From Candidatus Omnitrophota bacterium (GTDB lineage Bacteria > Omnitrophota > Omnitrophia > Omnitrophales > Aquincolibacteriaceae): 64,000 nt of DNA. The stretch spans positions 64,984 through 128,983 of the forward strand of contig JAKLIQ010000002.1 of assembly GCA_022709525.1 (NCBI GenBank). The letters run 5' to 3'. This document shows positions 1 through 9,592 of this stretch, one piece after another. The notes beneath the pieces are model-generated. The model saw only the letters and a program-made list of their open reading frames with translations. It ran no database searches and had not been told where the DNA came from. Position 1 is the first letter of the stretch. Each line of letters opens with the position of its first letter. Both the position numbers and the translations under genes were made by a program.

Positions 1-245
1 TCTTTTTCCAGAATGAGAAAAAATTCATCATGCCTAGTCTCGATCCTGACTTTTATTTTCTTTTCCAATAGGGTAGTTAGAATCGCCCCAATTTCCACTT
101 CGTGGAAATTGAATAGCATTGGGACGATTTTCGTTACACTGAAGGTCGCTAGGGCCAGGCCCATTGACCTTTGAATCTTCTAAAAGAGAATCAGCTACGG
201 AAGGATTATCGGCAGGAAATGCAGGAGACCTTATAGGGCGAGCCG

Positions 246-280
246 GCAAGAAAAAGGGGCGCTCAAAGCGCCCCTGGGAA
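246..280 (-). terminator. Putative intrinsic terminator: GC hairpin (AGGGGCGCT / AGCGCCCCT, ~255-275) flanked by an A-tract on + and a T-tract on -
   Basis: 9 bp GC-rich perfect inverted repeat with 3-4 nt loop; on the minus-sense transcript it is followed by TTTTTCTT; lies ~100 nt downstream of the stop of the minus-strand PilZ gene. Confidence 0.55.
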
Positions 281-375
281 CACCATTTTCCGAAAAGATT
301 GAAGCGAGAACGACCGCAACACCGCGGCGAAAGCCACGCAAGAATGACGAAACGAAGCGCCTTAAGCGCTTCGCA

Positions 376-765
376 TTACCACTCCTGTACGCTCTCCGGG
401 TCTGCGTAATCATTGACTTTAGTTTCAAGCCAGTGATTGTAAGCGTAATCCAGCACGCGGAATTTATCGACCGGATCCATATTCATCAGCCGGACCCCTT
501 GGTCAAAACCCTGGTCCTTGCCTTCGGAAGGCCGCGACCACATGACCACGCCGGAACTGTAGATGGGTTTTGGATCATCGGGGATCGTGATCTCCAGATC
601 AAGCTGCGCCCCTTCCTGGAGAGACTTATCCGAGTTGATCTTCAGCCCTTCCCGGCAAAGATCCCGGCTCAACCCGATCCCTTTGACCGAGGTCGATTCC
701 GTGCCCGTGAACTTTACGCTCATATAAGCGTCAAAGCGCTTGAACCTGCGCTTATCTCGTTCCAT
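376..765 (-). CDS. PilZ domain protein (putative c-di-GMP receptor)
   Basis: 129 aa; N-terminal RRFKR (RxxxR) motif and a downstream D-x-(S/C)-x-x-G-like motif (DLCREG); size and layout typical of stand-alone PilZ. Confidence 0.7.
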   Translation of the reverse strand: MERDKRRFKRFDAYMSVKFTGTESTSVKGIGLSRDLCREGLKINSDKSLQEGAQLDLEITIPDDPKPIYSSGVVMWSRPSEGKDQGFDQGVRLMNMDPVDKFRVLDYAYNHWLETKVNDYADPESVQEW

Positions 766-1034
766 TGCTTCCCCCTTTTTTTAGCTTCAACAATTACTGA
801 AAAAAATCCGACTTTGTTTCTTTGTTACATTGAATTTTATCGACTTCCCCACTCATTTCATTTACAGCAAAACCGCTTTTTCTTGAAAAAAACCTAACAC
901 ATCGTTGGCTACTTGACAAGGGAACGGCACGATTTTTTTGAAAAAATAATATTAAAAAATTTAAAGGAAAAGGGGTTTTTTTGCGGCAGAAAAACGGATC
1001 CTGGAGATGTTGTAACCTATTGCAATAGAATAGG

Positions 1035-1532
1035 TTAGCGAAAGTTGACGAACTGAACGGGGATCGTAAGGGGGGCGGCGCGGAGGTTCTGGATAACGGC
1101 TTGGAGGTCGTCCTTGCTCTTGGAAGTTACCCGGATCTCATCGCCCTGGATCGAGGCCTGGACTTTGACCGGGAGGTCTTTGATGATCTTGACAATCTCT
1201 TTGGCCTTTTCCTGCGGGATCCCCTGGACCAAGGTCACTTCCTGGCGGAGACATCCTTCGAAGGCCTGCTCGGGGGTTTTGAACTCGAGGGCCTTTTGCG
1301 AGATCTTACGGCTCGCCATTCGGGTCTTCAAAATATCCTGGAGGTTCCGCAATTTCATATCATCATCGGCGATGATGCGGATCTTCTTTTCTTCCTTTAG
1401 GAATTCCAGCGAGCTCTTGCTCCCTTTGAAATCAAAACGGTTCTGGAGCTCCTTTTTCGCCTGATTGACAGCATTGTCGATCTCTTGTAGATCGAGCTGG
1501 GAAACAATATCAAAGGAAGGTTGCTGGGCCAT
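1035..1532 (-). CDS. yajQ: YajQ/UPF0234 family nucleotide-binding protein
   Basis: 165 aa; N-terminal PSFDIVSQLDLQEIDNAVNQA is the YajQ family signature; length matches. Confidence 0.85.
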   Translation of the reverse strand: MAQQPSFDIVSQLDLQEIDNAVNQAKKELQNRFDFKGSKSSLEFLKEEKKIRIIADDDMKLRNLQDILKTRMASRKISQKALEFKTPEQAFEGCLRQEVTLVQGIPQEKAKEIVKIIKDLPVKVQASIQGDEIRVTSKSKDDLQAVIQNLRAAPLTIPVQFVNFR

Positions 1533-1542
1533 CGCGGAAAAG

Positions 1543-1911
1543 TCAGGTTTTTTGGGAAAGGGGCGTCAGAAAGGACTGAAGCCGCTTCCGGGAGAACTCG
1601 TCCATATCCAAAAATTCAAGGCCGGTATCAAAGTTCTTTTTGGAGGATTTCCGGTCCTGGCTGGGGATCACCCAGACGCAGCGCCCGGTGCATTGGACCG
1701 GAGGTTCGCCGTCCTTCAGCTCCAGCCCTATTTTGCAACGGTCAAACCGTTCAAGGGCTTCCGGTAGCATGACTGAAACGCCGCCCATCCCGACATCTTC
1801 AGTGCTGGCGGTAAAGGTTTTTTGTTTGCCGACCGGCTGGATCTTGACCTCGCAAGTCAGATGCAGACGCGCAAATTTTCGTTTATTGAAACCGTCCCAC
1901 AAAGAGTTCAT
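1543..1911 (-). CDS. PilZ domain protein (putative c-di-GMP receptor)
   Basis: 122 aa; RKFAR (RxxxR) plus DVGMGG (DxSxxG-like) motifs; 10 nt from yajQ, 4 nt overlap with upstream SPOR gene. Confidence 0.65.
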   Translation of the reverse strand: MNSLWDGFNKRKFARLHLTCEVKIQPVGKQKTFTASTEDVGMGGVSVMLPEALERFDRCKIGLELKDGEPPVQCTGRCVWVIPSQDRKSSKKNFDTGLEFLDMDEFSRKRLQSFLTPLSQKT

Positions 1912-2924
1912 GACGGCGTGGACCTCACAAAGGCATCCTGGAAGGGTCTGGCGATCTCTTTGGCGCGGAATTTCAAAAGCTCCGCTTGAGCCATCGCTTC
2001 GGTGCGAAAACCCCCGATGTAGACAACATAATAAACCCGTCCGCTGGGCCGCGTATTCTCTTTGGCGTAGGCCCTCAGCCCCTCTTTTTTCAAAGCGGCG
2101 ACGATCTGTTCCGCGTCCTGCTTTTCGGGATAGGTCACAACTTGGATCACGTAAGCACCGCCTGATTGCGTCGGCGAGGGCTTATCCTGGGTCGTCTGCG
2201 TTTTAACGGGGGCTGGCGTTATAACCACGGGACGCTCGACCGGCGGCGTCACGACAGGCGCCGCAGCGGTCTCGACCGGAGCGGGCGACGGAACCGGGAT
2301 CGATGACGTTTCTTTGGGGATCTTATACCGCGTCCGAAGCGCCTCTTCGCGCTGAGAGTTGAGGGCGTTCACGCCCCAGAAAAGAAAAAAGATGGCAAGA
2401 ACAATGACCGTCCAGAACGCAAAACGTCGGAGCGCCACGCGGCGCGGATCCCCTAAGGCCTTGAATGCCTCGACGATCTTCGAAAAAACCTCTTTCAGCG
2501 CCGTGCCGAACGCCGCGAACTTATTGACGGGGGAACGTTTTTGGCGGAATCGCGCATACGGATCAACATCGGAAGATGCCGGCGCGGCGGTCGTGGATTT
2601 TTTCTCAAAATCGTGAAGCGGTACATAGCGCGGTGCGGCATCAAAGGGCTTGGGCTCGGCAGGAAGATCTTTCCGCGCCAAAAGATCAGGCGCGGCCGGA
2701 ACTTCCTTAGGCGCGCTAAAAAGATCCTGGGGCGGTTCTTTTTGAGGGATCGATTCCTTGGGAGGAAGCACCGACGGAACGCTTTCCCGGAAGTGATCCC
2801 GCTCGCCCGCTACAGCATGCGTCGTTTTAACGCTAAACTCGCCATAAAGTTTTTTTTGGATCTCGGACTCCGAAAGGACCGAAGCCGGATCCTCGGCATT
2901 TTTCTTCTTGCTAAAAAATCCCAC
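1908..2924 (-). CDS. SPOR domain-containing protein (Pro-rich, single TM; septal peptidoglycan-binding)
   Basis: 338 aa; internal TM (FWTVIVLAIFFLFWGV); Pro/Thr/Val-rich linker; C-terminal ~75 aa SPOR-like fold (GAYVIQVVTYPEKQDAEQIVAALKKEGLRAY...YYVVYIGGFRT). Confidence 0.7.
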   Translation of the reverse strand: MGFFSKKKNAEDPASVLSESEIQKKLYGEFSVKTTHAVAGERDHFRESVPSVLPPKESIPQKEPPQDLFSAPKEVPAAPDLLARKDLPAEPKPFDAAPRYVPLHDFEKKSTTAAPASSDVDPYARFRQKRSPVNKFAAFGTALKEVFSKIVEAFKALGDPRRVALRRFAFWTVIVLAIFFLFWGVNALNSQREEALRTRYKIPKETSSIPVPSPAPVETAAAPVVTPPVERPVVITPAPVKTQTTQDKPSPTQSGGAYVIQVVTYPEKQDAEQIVAALKKEGLRAYAKENTRPSGRVYYVVYIGGFRTEAMAQAELLKFRAKEIARPFQDAFVRSTPS

Positions 2925-2925
2925 G

Positions 2926-3423
2926 TTATACCTTCTCCTTCAACGCGTGAACGTCTTCGCGGAGACAAAGCGAAAGCTTAACAAGTTCGATCGGGCCGAG
3001 CACGATATGCGCGCGCTGGGTGAACCCGTTCCGCTTGCAAAGATCGATCGCTCCCGACATCTTGGAAGTGGTCTTGAACACAACTTCCTCATAGCCCACC
3101 TCCCGGCAAAACTCAAGCGCGCGGTCGATCAGGCGTTTCCCGATCTTGAGATTGCGGTGCGTCGGCGCGACAAACAGCCGGCGAAGCAGCGCGACGCGTC
3201 CGTCCTCTTTTTTGATCGCCACCGTGCCGACGACTTTTTGGGTTTGATTATCGATCGCGACAAAAAAGGCCTCGCCGATACCGCCGTAGGATTTTTCGAT
3301 GCTTTCGACATCTTCGGTCGGATAGGCGTGCTTGGCATCATGGAATTCACGGTCCATGATGCTGTTGATGAGGTCGACCACCGCCGTTTCATCCTCTTTT
3401 TTTGAACGCCGGATCGTGATCAT
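2926..3423 (-). CDS. GNAT family N-acetyltransferase
   Basis: 165 aa; acetyl-CoA binding motif region (RRLFVAPTHRNLKIGKRLI) typical of GNAT; stop 2 nt from the downstream SPOR gene start. Confidence 0.75.
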   Translation of the reverse strand: MITIRRSKKEDETAVVDLINSIMDREFHDAKHAYPTEDVESIEKSYGGIGEAFFVAIDNQTQKVVGTVAIKKEDGRVALLRRLFVAPTHRNLKIGKRLIDRALEFCREVGYEEVVFKTTSKMSGAIDLCKRNGFTQRAHIVLGPIELVKLSLCLREDVHALKEKV

Positions 3424-3440
3424 AGGGTTCGTCGCTTCCG

Positions 3441-3743
3441 CTAGGCCTTCTTGGCATCAGCGGCCGGTTTTGCCGCCGCTTTGCCGGCGGCCGGTTTTGC
3501 GGCTGCTGCGGCTGCGGGCGCTGCGGCCCCCGGAGCGGCTGCCCCTTCCGCGGCCCCCTCTTTGGCCTCTTTGACTTTCTTCATTTTGATCTTCAGGGAC
3601 TTCACTTTTGGAAGATTGTAAGCGGTGCTTCGATCACTCCATTTTCCCATATCCTGGAGCTTTTTGATCCGTTCGAAGCGCTTAAAAACATTGCGGTGCT
3701 TGGCTCCGACGCTGTCGGAACGCAGGCTAGGATGCTGAGACAT
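3441..3743 (-). CDS. Lys/Ala-rich histone H1-like (AKP-repeat) small basic protein
   Basis: ORF runs to 3845 but the best start is the internal ATG at ~3743, preceded by AAGGAG; basic N-terminal region; C-terminal AAAPAAAAAAKPAAGKAAAKPAADAKKA low-complexity tail like bacterial H1-like nucleoid proteins. Confidence 0.5.
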   Translation of the reverse strand: MSQHPSLRSDSVGAKHRNVFKRFERIKKLQDMGKWSDRSTAYNLPKVKSLKIKMKKVKEAKEGAAEGAAAPGAAAPAAAAAAKPAAGKAAAKPAADAKKA

Positions 3744-3837
3744 AAGACACCAAACTCCTTCTTTTTGTGAATTGGATCGGTCCGAACAGCCTCGCTGTTG
3801 GAGAAGCGTATTATACCGATGCGACGCTGAAATGGCT

Positions 3838-4003
3838 AGTCCCAATTCTTATCAATTTCAGAGTATCTGAAATTGGGGCAGTCCCAATCCCAATCAATCG
3901 AAGCGAAGCTGAGATTGGGGCTGTCCTGACTACTATTTAGAAAAAGAAATTAAAAGTCAGGACTGTCCTTGTCACCATTAAGAAAAGAATGCAGGACAAG
4001 GAT
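3838..4003. repeat. Intergenic block of three consecutive hairpins with repeated GTCCCAAT / CTGTCC motifs
   Basis: IR1 cccaatt(3841-47)/aattggg(3871-77); IR2 gtcctgact(3923-31)/agtcaggac(3956-63) with a 24 nt A-rich loop; IR3 tccttgtc(3966-73)/gacaagga(3995-4002); direct repeats of 'cagtcccaat' and 'ctgtcc'. Confidence 0.5.
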
Positions 4004-4064
4004 AGCTGAAAAGTTCGGCGGGAGAGCGATTTTACTTCAAAAATCCGGAGGATTTGATGTTCGG

Positions 4065-4670
4065 TTACCGAACCATGGGCCGGACGTAAGCGTCGCCCGA
4101 AACAAGCTGCTTTGTCTTTAACTGTTTCAGAAGTTGGATCGCCTCGGGGCGGGTCTGGAACCCCCCGATGCAAACTTGCAGGTGCTTGCCGCTCGGGATC
4201 ACAAAGGCCGTGTAGCCAAGCTTTGCCAGCTTCTGGATCTCCCGGTCGGCGGCGGATTGCGTGATATAGGTCACATGCTGGACCGTATACTTCCCTTCTG
4301 GCTTGGAGACCGCTGCGACCGGTTTCGGAAGTTCCGCGACCGTGATGGGTGTTTCCTTCGCCGCAGGTTCGACGGCGGCCACAACCGGTGAAACCGTAAC
4401 GGCGGGTACCGGCGCGGGCTCAACAGCTTCCGGCAAAACGACCGGGGCGGAAGCTGCGCGTATCACTTGGCCATCCTGTGAAGATCTTTTGCCTTTTTCA
4501 ACACCCCAGGAAAAGATCAGCACATAAAAAACAAGCAGGATAAGAACAAGACCGATCGCTTGGTCGAGGCGCAGCGTGATAAAAGTCTTTTCAAGAAAAG
4601 AAGGCTTCGAAACCGCTGCTTCTTCCTGGATGGTTGCCGGTGAAGGTAGATCGAATAATTCCGTTTGCAT
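4065..4670 (-). CDS. SPOR domain-containing membrane protein
   Basis: 201 aa; N-terminal TM (LVLILLVFYVLIFSW), Pro/Ala/Val-rich linker, C-terminal SPOR-like domain (YTVQHVTYITQSAADREIQKLAKLGYTAFVIP...VCIGGFQTRPEA). Confidence 0.7.
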   Translation of the reverse strand: MQTELFDLPSPATIQEEAAVSKPSFLEKTFITLRLDQAIGLVLILLVFYVLIFSWGVEKGKRSSQDGQVIRAASAPVVLPEAVEPAPVPAVTVSPVVAAVEPAAKETPITVAELPKPVAAVSKPEGKYTVQHVTYITQSAADREIQKLAKLGYTAFVIPSGKHLQVCIGGFQTRPEAIQLLKQLKTKQLVSGDAYVRPMVR

Positions 4671-4763
4671 TTGTTAAATCCTCCGCACATGTATTTACGG
4701 CAACTTATGCTGAAAATTTAACGGCAATCGGAAACTTTTAGCGGGGGAAAAGTGGTAAAAAGA

Positions 4764-5429
4764 CTACTTGGCAAGCTTGATCCGTTGGGGCGGCCACCAG
4801 ATCATGAAGGCCTTGCCGACCAGATCCTTGGCGGGAACAAATCCCCACTGACGGCTATCGGCCGAATGGGCGGAATTATCCCCCAGCGCAAAATAATGGC
4901 CGTCGGGAACGCGGATCACCTGCCCCGATCTTCCAAATTCCCAATCCTCAACATTGTAGTAAGTATTCGCTGAAAAAGGCGGATCGGTCATGGGCTTCCC
5001 GTTGACCAATAAGACCCCCTTGCGGATCTCAATACTCTCGCCAGGAAGTCCGGCCAAACGTTTCACAAAATCCTTTTTACGGTCAAGCGGGTATTTAAAA
5101 ACGATGATATCCCCGCGCTGGGGGGCGTGAAAACGATAGCTCAACTTATCGACAAAGATCTTATCGTTTTCCATGAAGGTCGGTTTCATGGAACCGGTCG
5201 GGATCTTGTAAGGCCCGAAAATAAAAGTGCGGATGAAGATCGCCAGGATCGCGGCGATCAGAAGCGGCTCTCCCCAATTCTTCCATTTCTGGAGAAGCCA
5301 GCGCCGCGTCTCAGTTCTCGCCAAGAGCCATTCGTGGGCCAGCTTGGACCGGTAAAGATAAGCCAGTATCAACAGGACCGGCAAGATCCAAAGATATCCG
5401 CGAATCGCCTGAAAAAAACCTTGCTCCAT
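4764..5429 (-). CDS. lepB: Signal peptidase I
   Basis: 221 aa; TM anchor; catalytic Ser region (KIPTGSMKPT), conserved GDNSAHSADSRQWGFVP box; RBS AGGTGGAG upstream; directly downstream of lepA. Confidence 0.9.
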   Translation of the reverse strand: MEQGFFQAIRGYLWILPVLLILAYLYRSKLAHEWLLARTETRRWLLQKWKNWGEPLLIAAILAIFIRTFIFGPYKIPTGSMKPTFMENDKIFVDKLSYRFHAPQRGDIIVFKYPLDRKKDFVKRLAGLPGESIEIRKGVLLVNGKPMTDPPFSANTYYNVEDWEFGRSGQVIRVPDGHYFALGDNSAHSADSRQWGFVPAKDLVGKAFMIWWPPQRIKLAK

Positions 5430-5432
5430 AAA

Positions 5433-7214
5433 TTACTCCACCTTTAGAACGCTGATAAAAGCTTCCTGCGGAAGATCGACTTTGCCGATCTTCTTCATGC
5501 GCTTCTTACCCTCTTTTTGACGCTCCCAAAGCTTGCGCTTACGCGTGATATCGCCGCCGTAACATTTGGCCGTCACGTTCTTTTTCATCGCGCTGATCGA
5601 ATCGCGCGCGATCACCTTCGCGCCGATCGCGGCCTGGATCACGACCTCGAACATCTGCCGCGGGATCACTTCCTTGAGTTTCTCCACGAGCCCTTTGCCG
5701 CGCGGGTACGCTTTTTCCTTCCAGGTGATAATGGCAAGCGCGTCCACCGGCTCGCCGTTGATCAGGATGTCCATTTTGACGAGTTCCGAAGGCCGGTGCC
5801 CGATGAATTCGTAGTTCAGCGAACCGTACCCCGCGGTAAGCGATTTGATTTTATCATAGAAATCCATCACGACCTCGGAAAACGGGATCTCATAAGTCAA
5901 TACCGCCCGAGTTGCATCCAAATATTCGGTGCTCTTATAAGTGCCCCGGCGGTCCTGGCAGAGCTGCATGATCACGCCAAGCGCCGAAGATGGGATCATC
6001 ACATGCGCGCGGATATAGGGCTCCTCGATGATCTCGATCTGCTGTACGGGCGGCAGTTTGGTCGGATTTTCGATCTCGAGAATATCGCCTTTGGTCGTGA
6101 GGACTTTGTAGACAACGTTCGGCGCCGTAATAATAAGCTGCAGATTGAATTCGCGTTCAAGCCGCTCCTTGATGATATCCATATGAAGTAGCCCGAGGAA
6201 CCCGCAGCGGTAACCGTGTCCGAGCGAGGCGGACGACTCCGGTTCATAAACAAAAGAAGAATCATTGAGACGTAATTTTGCGAGCGCATCCCGAAGAAGC
6301 GGGAAATCCTTTGCCTGGATCGGATAAAGGCCGCAAAAGACCATGGGCTTCACATCCTGATAACCCGGAAGCGGTTCCTCGGCAGGACTGAGCGCCAATG
6401 TCAGGGTATCCCCGATCTTCACCTCGGAGATATCTTTGATATTGGCATTCATATAACCGACCGCTCCGACGCCAAGCTCCGGAACAGTTTCCGGATTCGG
6501 ATTGAAGATCCCAACCTGTTCGACTTCGTGCTGGTTGCGCGTCTGCATCATGAGGACCTGGTCATGGGTCCTGAGTTTGCCGTCAAAAATACGGAAATAC
6601 GCCACCACGCCCTGATAGCTGTCGAATTTTGAATCAAAAATAAGGGCCCTCAAAGGCTTCTCGAGATCCCCTTGCGGCGGCGGGATCTTTTCGATGATCG
6701 CCTTGAGGATCTCTTCGGTGCCCTCGCCTGTTTTGGCGCTTGAAAAAAGGATCTCTTTTTCGTCGACGCCCAGAAAATCAACGATCTCTTTTTTGACGCG
6801 TTCCGGTTCCGCGGTCGGAAGATCGATCTTGGTGATGATCGGGATGATCGCGAGATGACGCTCCATGGCAAGATAAAGATTGGTGACTGTTTGCGCCTGG
6901 ATCCCCTGCCCGGCATCCACAAGAAGCAGAACGCCTTCGCACGCGGCAAGGCTTTTGGAAACTTCGTAGGTGAAATCAATGTGACCCGGCGTGTCGATCA
7001 AGTTGAGCCAGTAGTCCTTGTAATGGATCCGCACGGCACGCGCCTTGATCGTAATACCGCGTTCGCGCTCGAGCTCCATATCGTCGAGGATCTGGTCGCG
7101 GAATTCGCGCTTGGAGATCGCCCCCGTATGGAGAAGCAGCCGGTCGGCGAGCGTGGATTTCCCATGATCGATATGCGCGATGATGGAAAAATTGCGGATC
7201 TTCTTCGGGTCCAT
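5433..7214 (-). CDS. lepA: Elongation factor 4 (translational GTPase LepA)
   Basis: 593 aa; N-terminal [23 protein letters not shown]1 motif, DTPGHIDF, and a LepA-specific C-terminal domain; lepA-lepB synteny. Confidence 0.95.
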   Translation of the reverse strand: MDPKKIRNFSIIAHIDHGKSTLADRLLLHTGAISKREFRDQILDDMELERERGITIKARAVRIHYKDYWLNLIDTPGHIDFTYEVSKSLAACEGVLLLVDAGQGIQAQTVTNLYLAMERHLAIIPIITKIDLPTAEPERVKKEIVDFLGVDEKEILFSSAKTGEGTEEILKAIIEKIPPPQGDLEKPLRALIFDSKFDSYQGVVAYFRIFDGKLRTHDQVLMMQTRNQHEVEQVGIFNPNPETVPELGVGAVGYMNANIKDISEVKIGDTLTLALSPAEEPLPGYQDVKPMVFCGLYPIQAKDFPLLRDALAKLRLNDSSFVYEPESSASLGHGYRCGFLGLLHMDIIKERLEREFNLQLIITAPNVVYKVLTTKGDILEIENPTKLPPVQQIEIIEEPYIRAHVMIPSSALGVIMQLCQDRRGTYKSTEYLDATRAVLTYEIPFSEVVMDFYDKIKSLTAGYGSLNYEFIGHRPSELVKMDILINGEPVDALAIITWKEKAYPRGKGLVEKLKEVIPRQMFEVVIQAAIGAKVIARDSISAMKKNVTAKCYGGDITRKRKLWERQKEGKKRMKKIGKVDLPQEAFISVLKVE

Positions 7215-7867
7215 TAGGATGAATGCTTGCTTGCGTCCCGGAGTTGAGCGATAGCTTGCGCGCGGTCGCTTTTTCCGAAAATGGCGCTTCCGGCGACCAG
7301 GATATCGACCCCGGCCGCAACGGCCTTCGGCGCGGTCGCGGGATCGATCCCGCCATCGACCGAGATAAGCCCCTTAAATTTCGGACGCAAGGACTCGATC
7401 TTCCGCATCATATCCGGCATGAACGATTGACCGCCGAATCCCGGCTCGACCGACATGACAAGGATCAGGTCCAGATCGGACAAATAAGGCGATAACGATT
7501 CAACGGAGGTTTTTGGGCGAAGCGAAAGACCCGCCTTTGCCCCTGAATCATGGATCATCTTAAGAACACCGCGAACATCTTTCTCGGCTTCCACGTGAAT
7601 CGTGATCCAATCGGCGCCCGCCTTACGGAATTCCGCGATATAGCGGGAAGGCGCGTCGATCATTAAATGAACATCGAGCGGCAGCTTCGTGACCTTCCGT
7701 ACCGCGCTTACGACCAACGGCCCGATCGTAAGATTCGGCACAAAGTGGCCGTCCATGACATCGATATGGATCAAATCACATCCGGCTTTCTCGACCTCCC
7801 GAACCTCATCGGCCAAACGGCTGAAATCCGCGGAAAGCACGCTGGGAGCGATCATGATTTTTTTCAC
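7214..7867 (-). CDS. rpe: Ribulose-phosphate 3-epimerase
   Basis: 217 aa; [16 protein letters not shown]...[17 protein letters not shown] is a canonical Rpe N-terminus. Confidence 0.9.
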   Translation of the reverse strand: MKKIMIAPSVLSADFSRLADEVREVEKAGCDLIHIDVMDGHFVPNLTIGPLVVSAVRKVTKLPLDVHLMIDAPSRYIAEFRKAGADWITIHVEAEKDVRGVLKMIHDSGAKAGLSLRPKTSVESLSPYLSDLDLILVMSVEPGFGGQSFMPDMMRKIESLRPKFKGLISVDGGIDPATAPKAVAAGVDILVAGSAIFGKSDRAQAIAQLRDASKHSS

Positions 7868-7877
7868 GGCAATCTCC

Positions 7878-9158
7878 TCAAGCTCCTTCGATCATAAGGT
7901 TTTTGGCGATCATGCGTTGCATTTTATCCGGTACCGGGCCGATCAGCGAAAGGTTCAAGTTCCCTGTGCGGAAGATGCGGCGGGCCAACTCACGGATATC
8001 TTCAGCCGAAACTTCCTCGATCTTTTGATAAATATCTTCCTTATCAGGCAATTCACCCGAACAAAGGGCTTTTTCCCCCGCCCAAAGAAGATGATCGAGC
8101 GTATCTTCCACGCCCAATGCGACCTGGCTTTTAAAGTAATCCTTGGCGCGGCGAAGCTCCCCCTCTTTAACGACGCTCTTTCTTACTTTCCCGAGCTCTT
8201 TTAAGATCACTTCGACGGCGCGCGCGGTTTTTTTTGTTTCGACGCCGGCGGAGACCGTAAAAGCGCCTGCGTCATGGTAGGCGGAGATGCTTGATTTGAT
8301 CTCGTAGGCCAGGCCCCGTTTCTCGCGTAACTCCTCGAAAAGGCGGCTCGACATGTTCGCCCCAAGCATCACGTGCAAAAGTCCGAGCTTATAACGGTCC
8401 GGATGCATGCGCGGGAGCGCATGAAGACCGATCACAAGATGGGTCTGCTCGGTCTTTTTTTCAAAAAAATACGTTCGCGGCTTGGTTTGCCGGCTGTTGG
8501 CCGGCACAAAGCTGGATGGTTTTTTCTTAGAAGAAATCCCGTAGATCGACCCGACACGGCCGAGAAGTTCGCTATGTTCCACGTCCCCCGAAACGGCAAT
8601 CAAGATGTTGGCGTTATGATAATAATCACGTTTGTAGTTTAAAATATCAGAACGCGTCATTTTTGCGATCGTTTCCGGAGGGCCCGAAAGCGTCCGCCCG
8701 AGCGGCTGTTCCGGCCAAAGAAGCTCCCCCATCAGATCATGCACATGATGAGAAGGAAGATCGCGGTACATTTTGATCTCCTCCAGGATCACGGGACGCT
8801 CTTTGGCGAGTTCGTCGGCGGGGATCGTGGCATTGAGCACCATATCAGAAAGAACTTCGAGCGCTCGCGGATAATGCTCCTTAAGAAGCTTCGCGAAATA
8901 GCAGGTCACTTCTTCTCCGGTAAAAGCGTTCAGGATGCCGCCCACCCCCTCGATCGACTCCTTGATCTGACGCGTGTTCCGGGTCGGCGTGCCTTTAAAA
9001 AGCATATGCTCAAGAAAATGGGAAACTCCCGAGATCCTTTTGGGTTCGTAACGGCCGCCCGTCTTGACCCAAACAGCGACCGCCGCCGAATCCCGGTTTG
9101 GCATCGGCACCGTAAGAACTCGCACCCCATTCTCAAGCGTCGTAAAATGGTAGACCAT
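7878..9158 (-). CDS. M16 family zinc metallopeptidase (insulinase-like)
   Basis: 426 aa; inverted zinc motif HFLEHMLFKGT near the N-terminus. Confidence 0.85.
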   Translation of the reverse strand: MVYHFTTLENGVRVLTVPMPNRDSAAVAVWVKTGGRYEPKRISGVSHFLEHMLFKGTPTRNTRQIKESIEGVGGILNAFTGEEVTCYFAKLLKEHYPRALEVLSDMVLNATIPADELAKERPVILEEIKMYRDLPSHHVHDLMGELLWPEQPLGRTLSGPPETIAKMTRSDILNYKRDYYHNANILIAVSGDVEHSELLGRVGSIYGISSKKKPSSFVPANSRQTKPRTYFFEKKTEQTHLVIGLHALPRMHPDRYKLGLLHVMLGANMSSRLFEELREKRGLAYEIKSSISAYHDAGAFTVSAGVETKKTARAVEVILKELGKVRKSVVKEGELRRAKDYFKSQVALGVEDTLDHLLWAGEKALCSGELPDKEDIYQKIEEVSAEDIRELARRIFRTGNLNLSLIGPVPDKMQRMIAKNLMIEGA

Positions 9159-9166
9159 GAGCCCCT

Positions 9167-9592
9167 TTATGAGTTCGCTAAAGCGTTATCCAAATAATTT
9201 TGCAGAATGCGCTGAGCTGCAAGCTGATCAATGACTTCTTTCCTTTTTTTCCGGCTTACATCCGCGTCCAAAAGGATCCGTTCCGCCTCTTTTGAGGACA
9301 AGCGCTCATCCCAAAGAACGACCGGCACGCTAAGGCCCGATTGATACCACTCGGCTTCCTTAATCCTTTTTTCCGCAGCGATCCCGATCTCACCCTTAAG
9401 CGTCTTTGGAAAACCGATCACGATCTTTTCGGCTTTGTGCTCAAGGACTAATCTCTGGATCTCTTGCAAAGTTTTTTCCCGGCCCTTCACTTCGATCGTT
9501 TTCACTGGAAATGCGATCGTGGTACCCGCCGGGACAAACGCGACGCCGATCCTTTTTTCGCCAAGATCAAGCCCTAACAGCGCGCCGCTCAT
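9167..9592 (-). CDS. ruvX: Holliday junction resolvase-like RuvX/YqgF
   Basis: 141 aa; LGLDLGEKRIGVA RNase H-like N-terminus; size typical. Confidence 0.85.
   Translation of the reverse strand: MSGALLGLDLGEKRIGVAFVPAGTTIAFPVKTIEVKGREKTLQEIQRLVLEHKAEKIVIGFPKTLKGEIGIAAEKRIKEAEWYQSGLSVPVVLWDERLSSKEAERILLDADVSRKKRKEVIDQLAAQRILQNYLDNALANS

Noticed and set aside
34-249. 71 aa minus-strand ORF at the window start
   Set aside because: Begins immediately downstream of a terminator hairpin. No RBS or recognisable domain. Could be a real small protein but it is unsupported.
3441-3845. Full-length 134 aa reading of the histone-like ORF
   Set aside because: The upstream 34 codons lack an RBS and are Cys/Arg-rich. 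The internal ATG at ~3743 has a strong AAGGAG and is preferred.
3845-4064. Possible CRISPR-like repeats in the hairpin-rich spacer
   Set aside because: Repeats are short (8-10 bp), irregularly spaced and form hairpins with each other. There are no regular repeat-spacer units and no cas genes.
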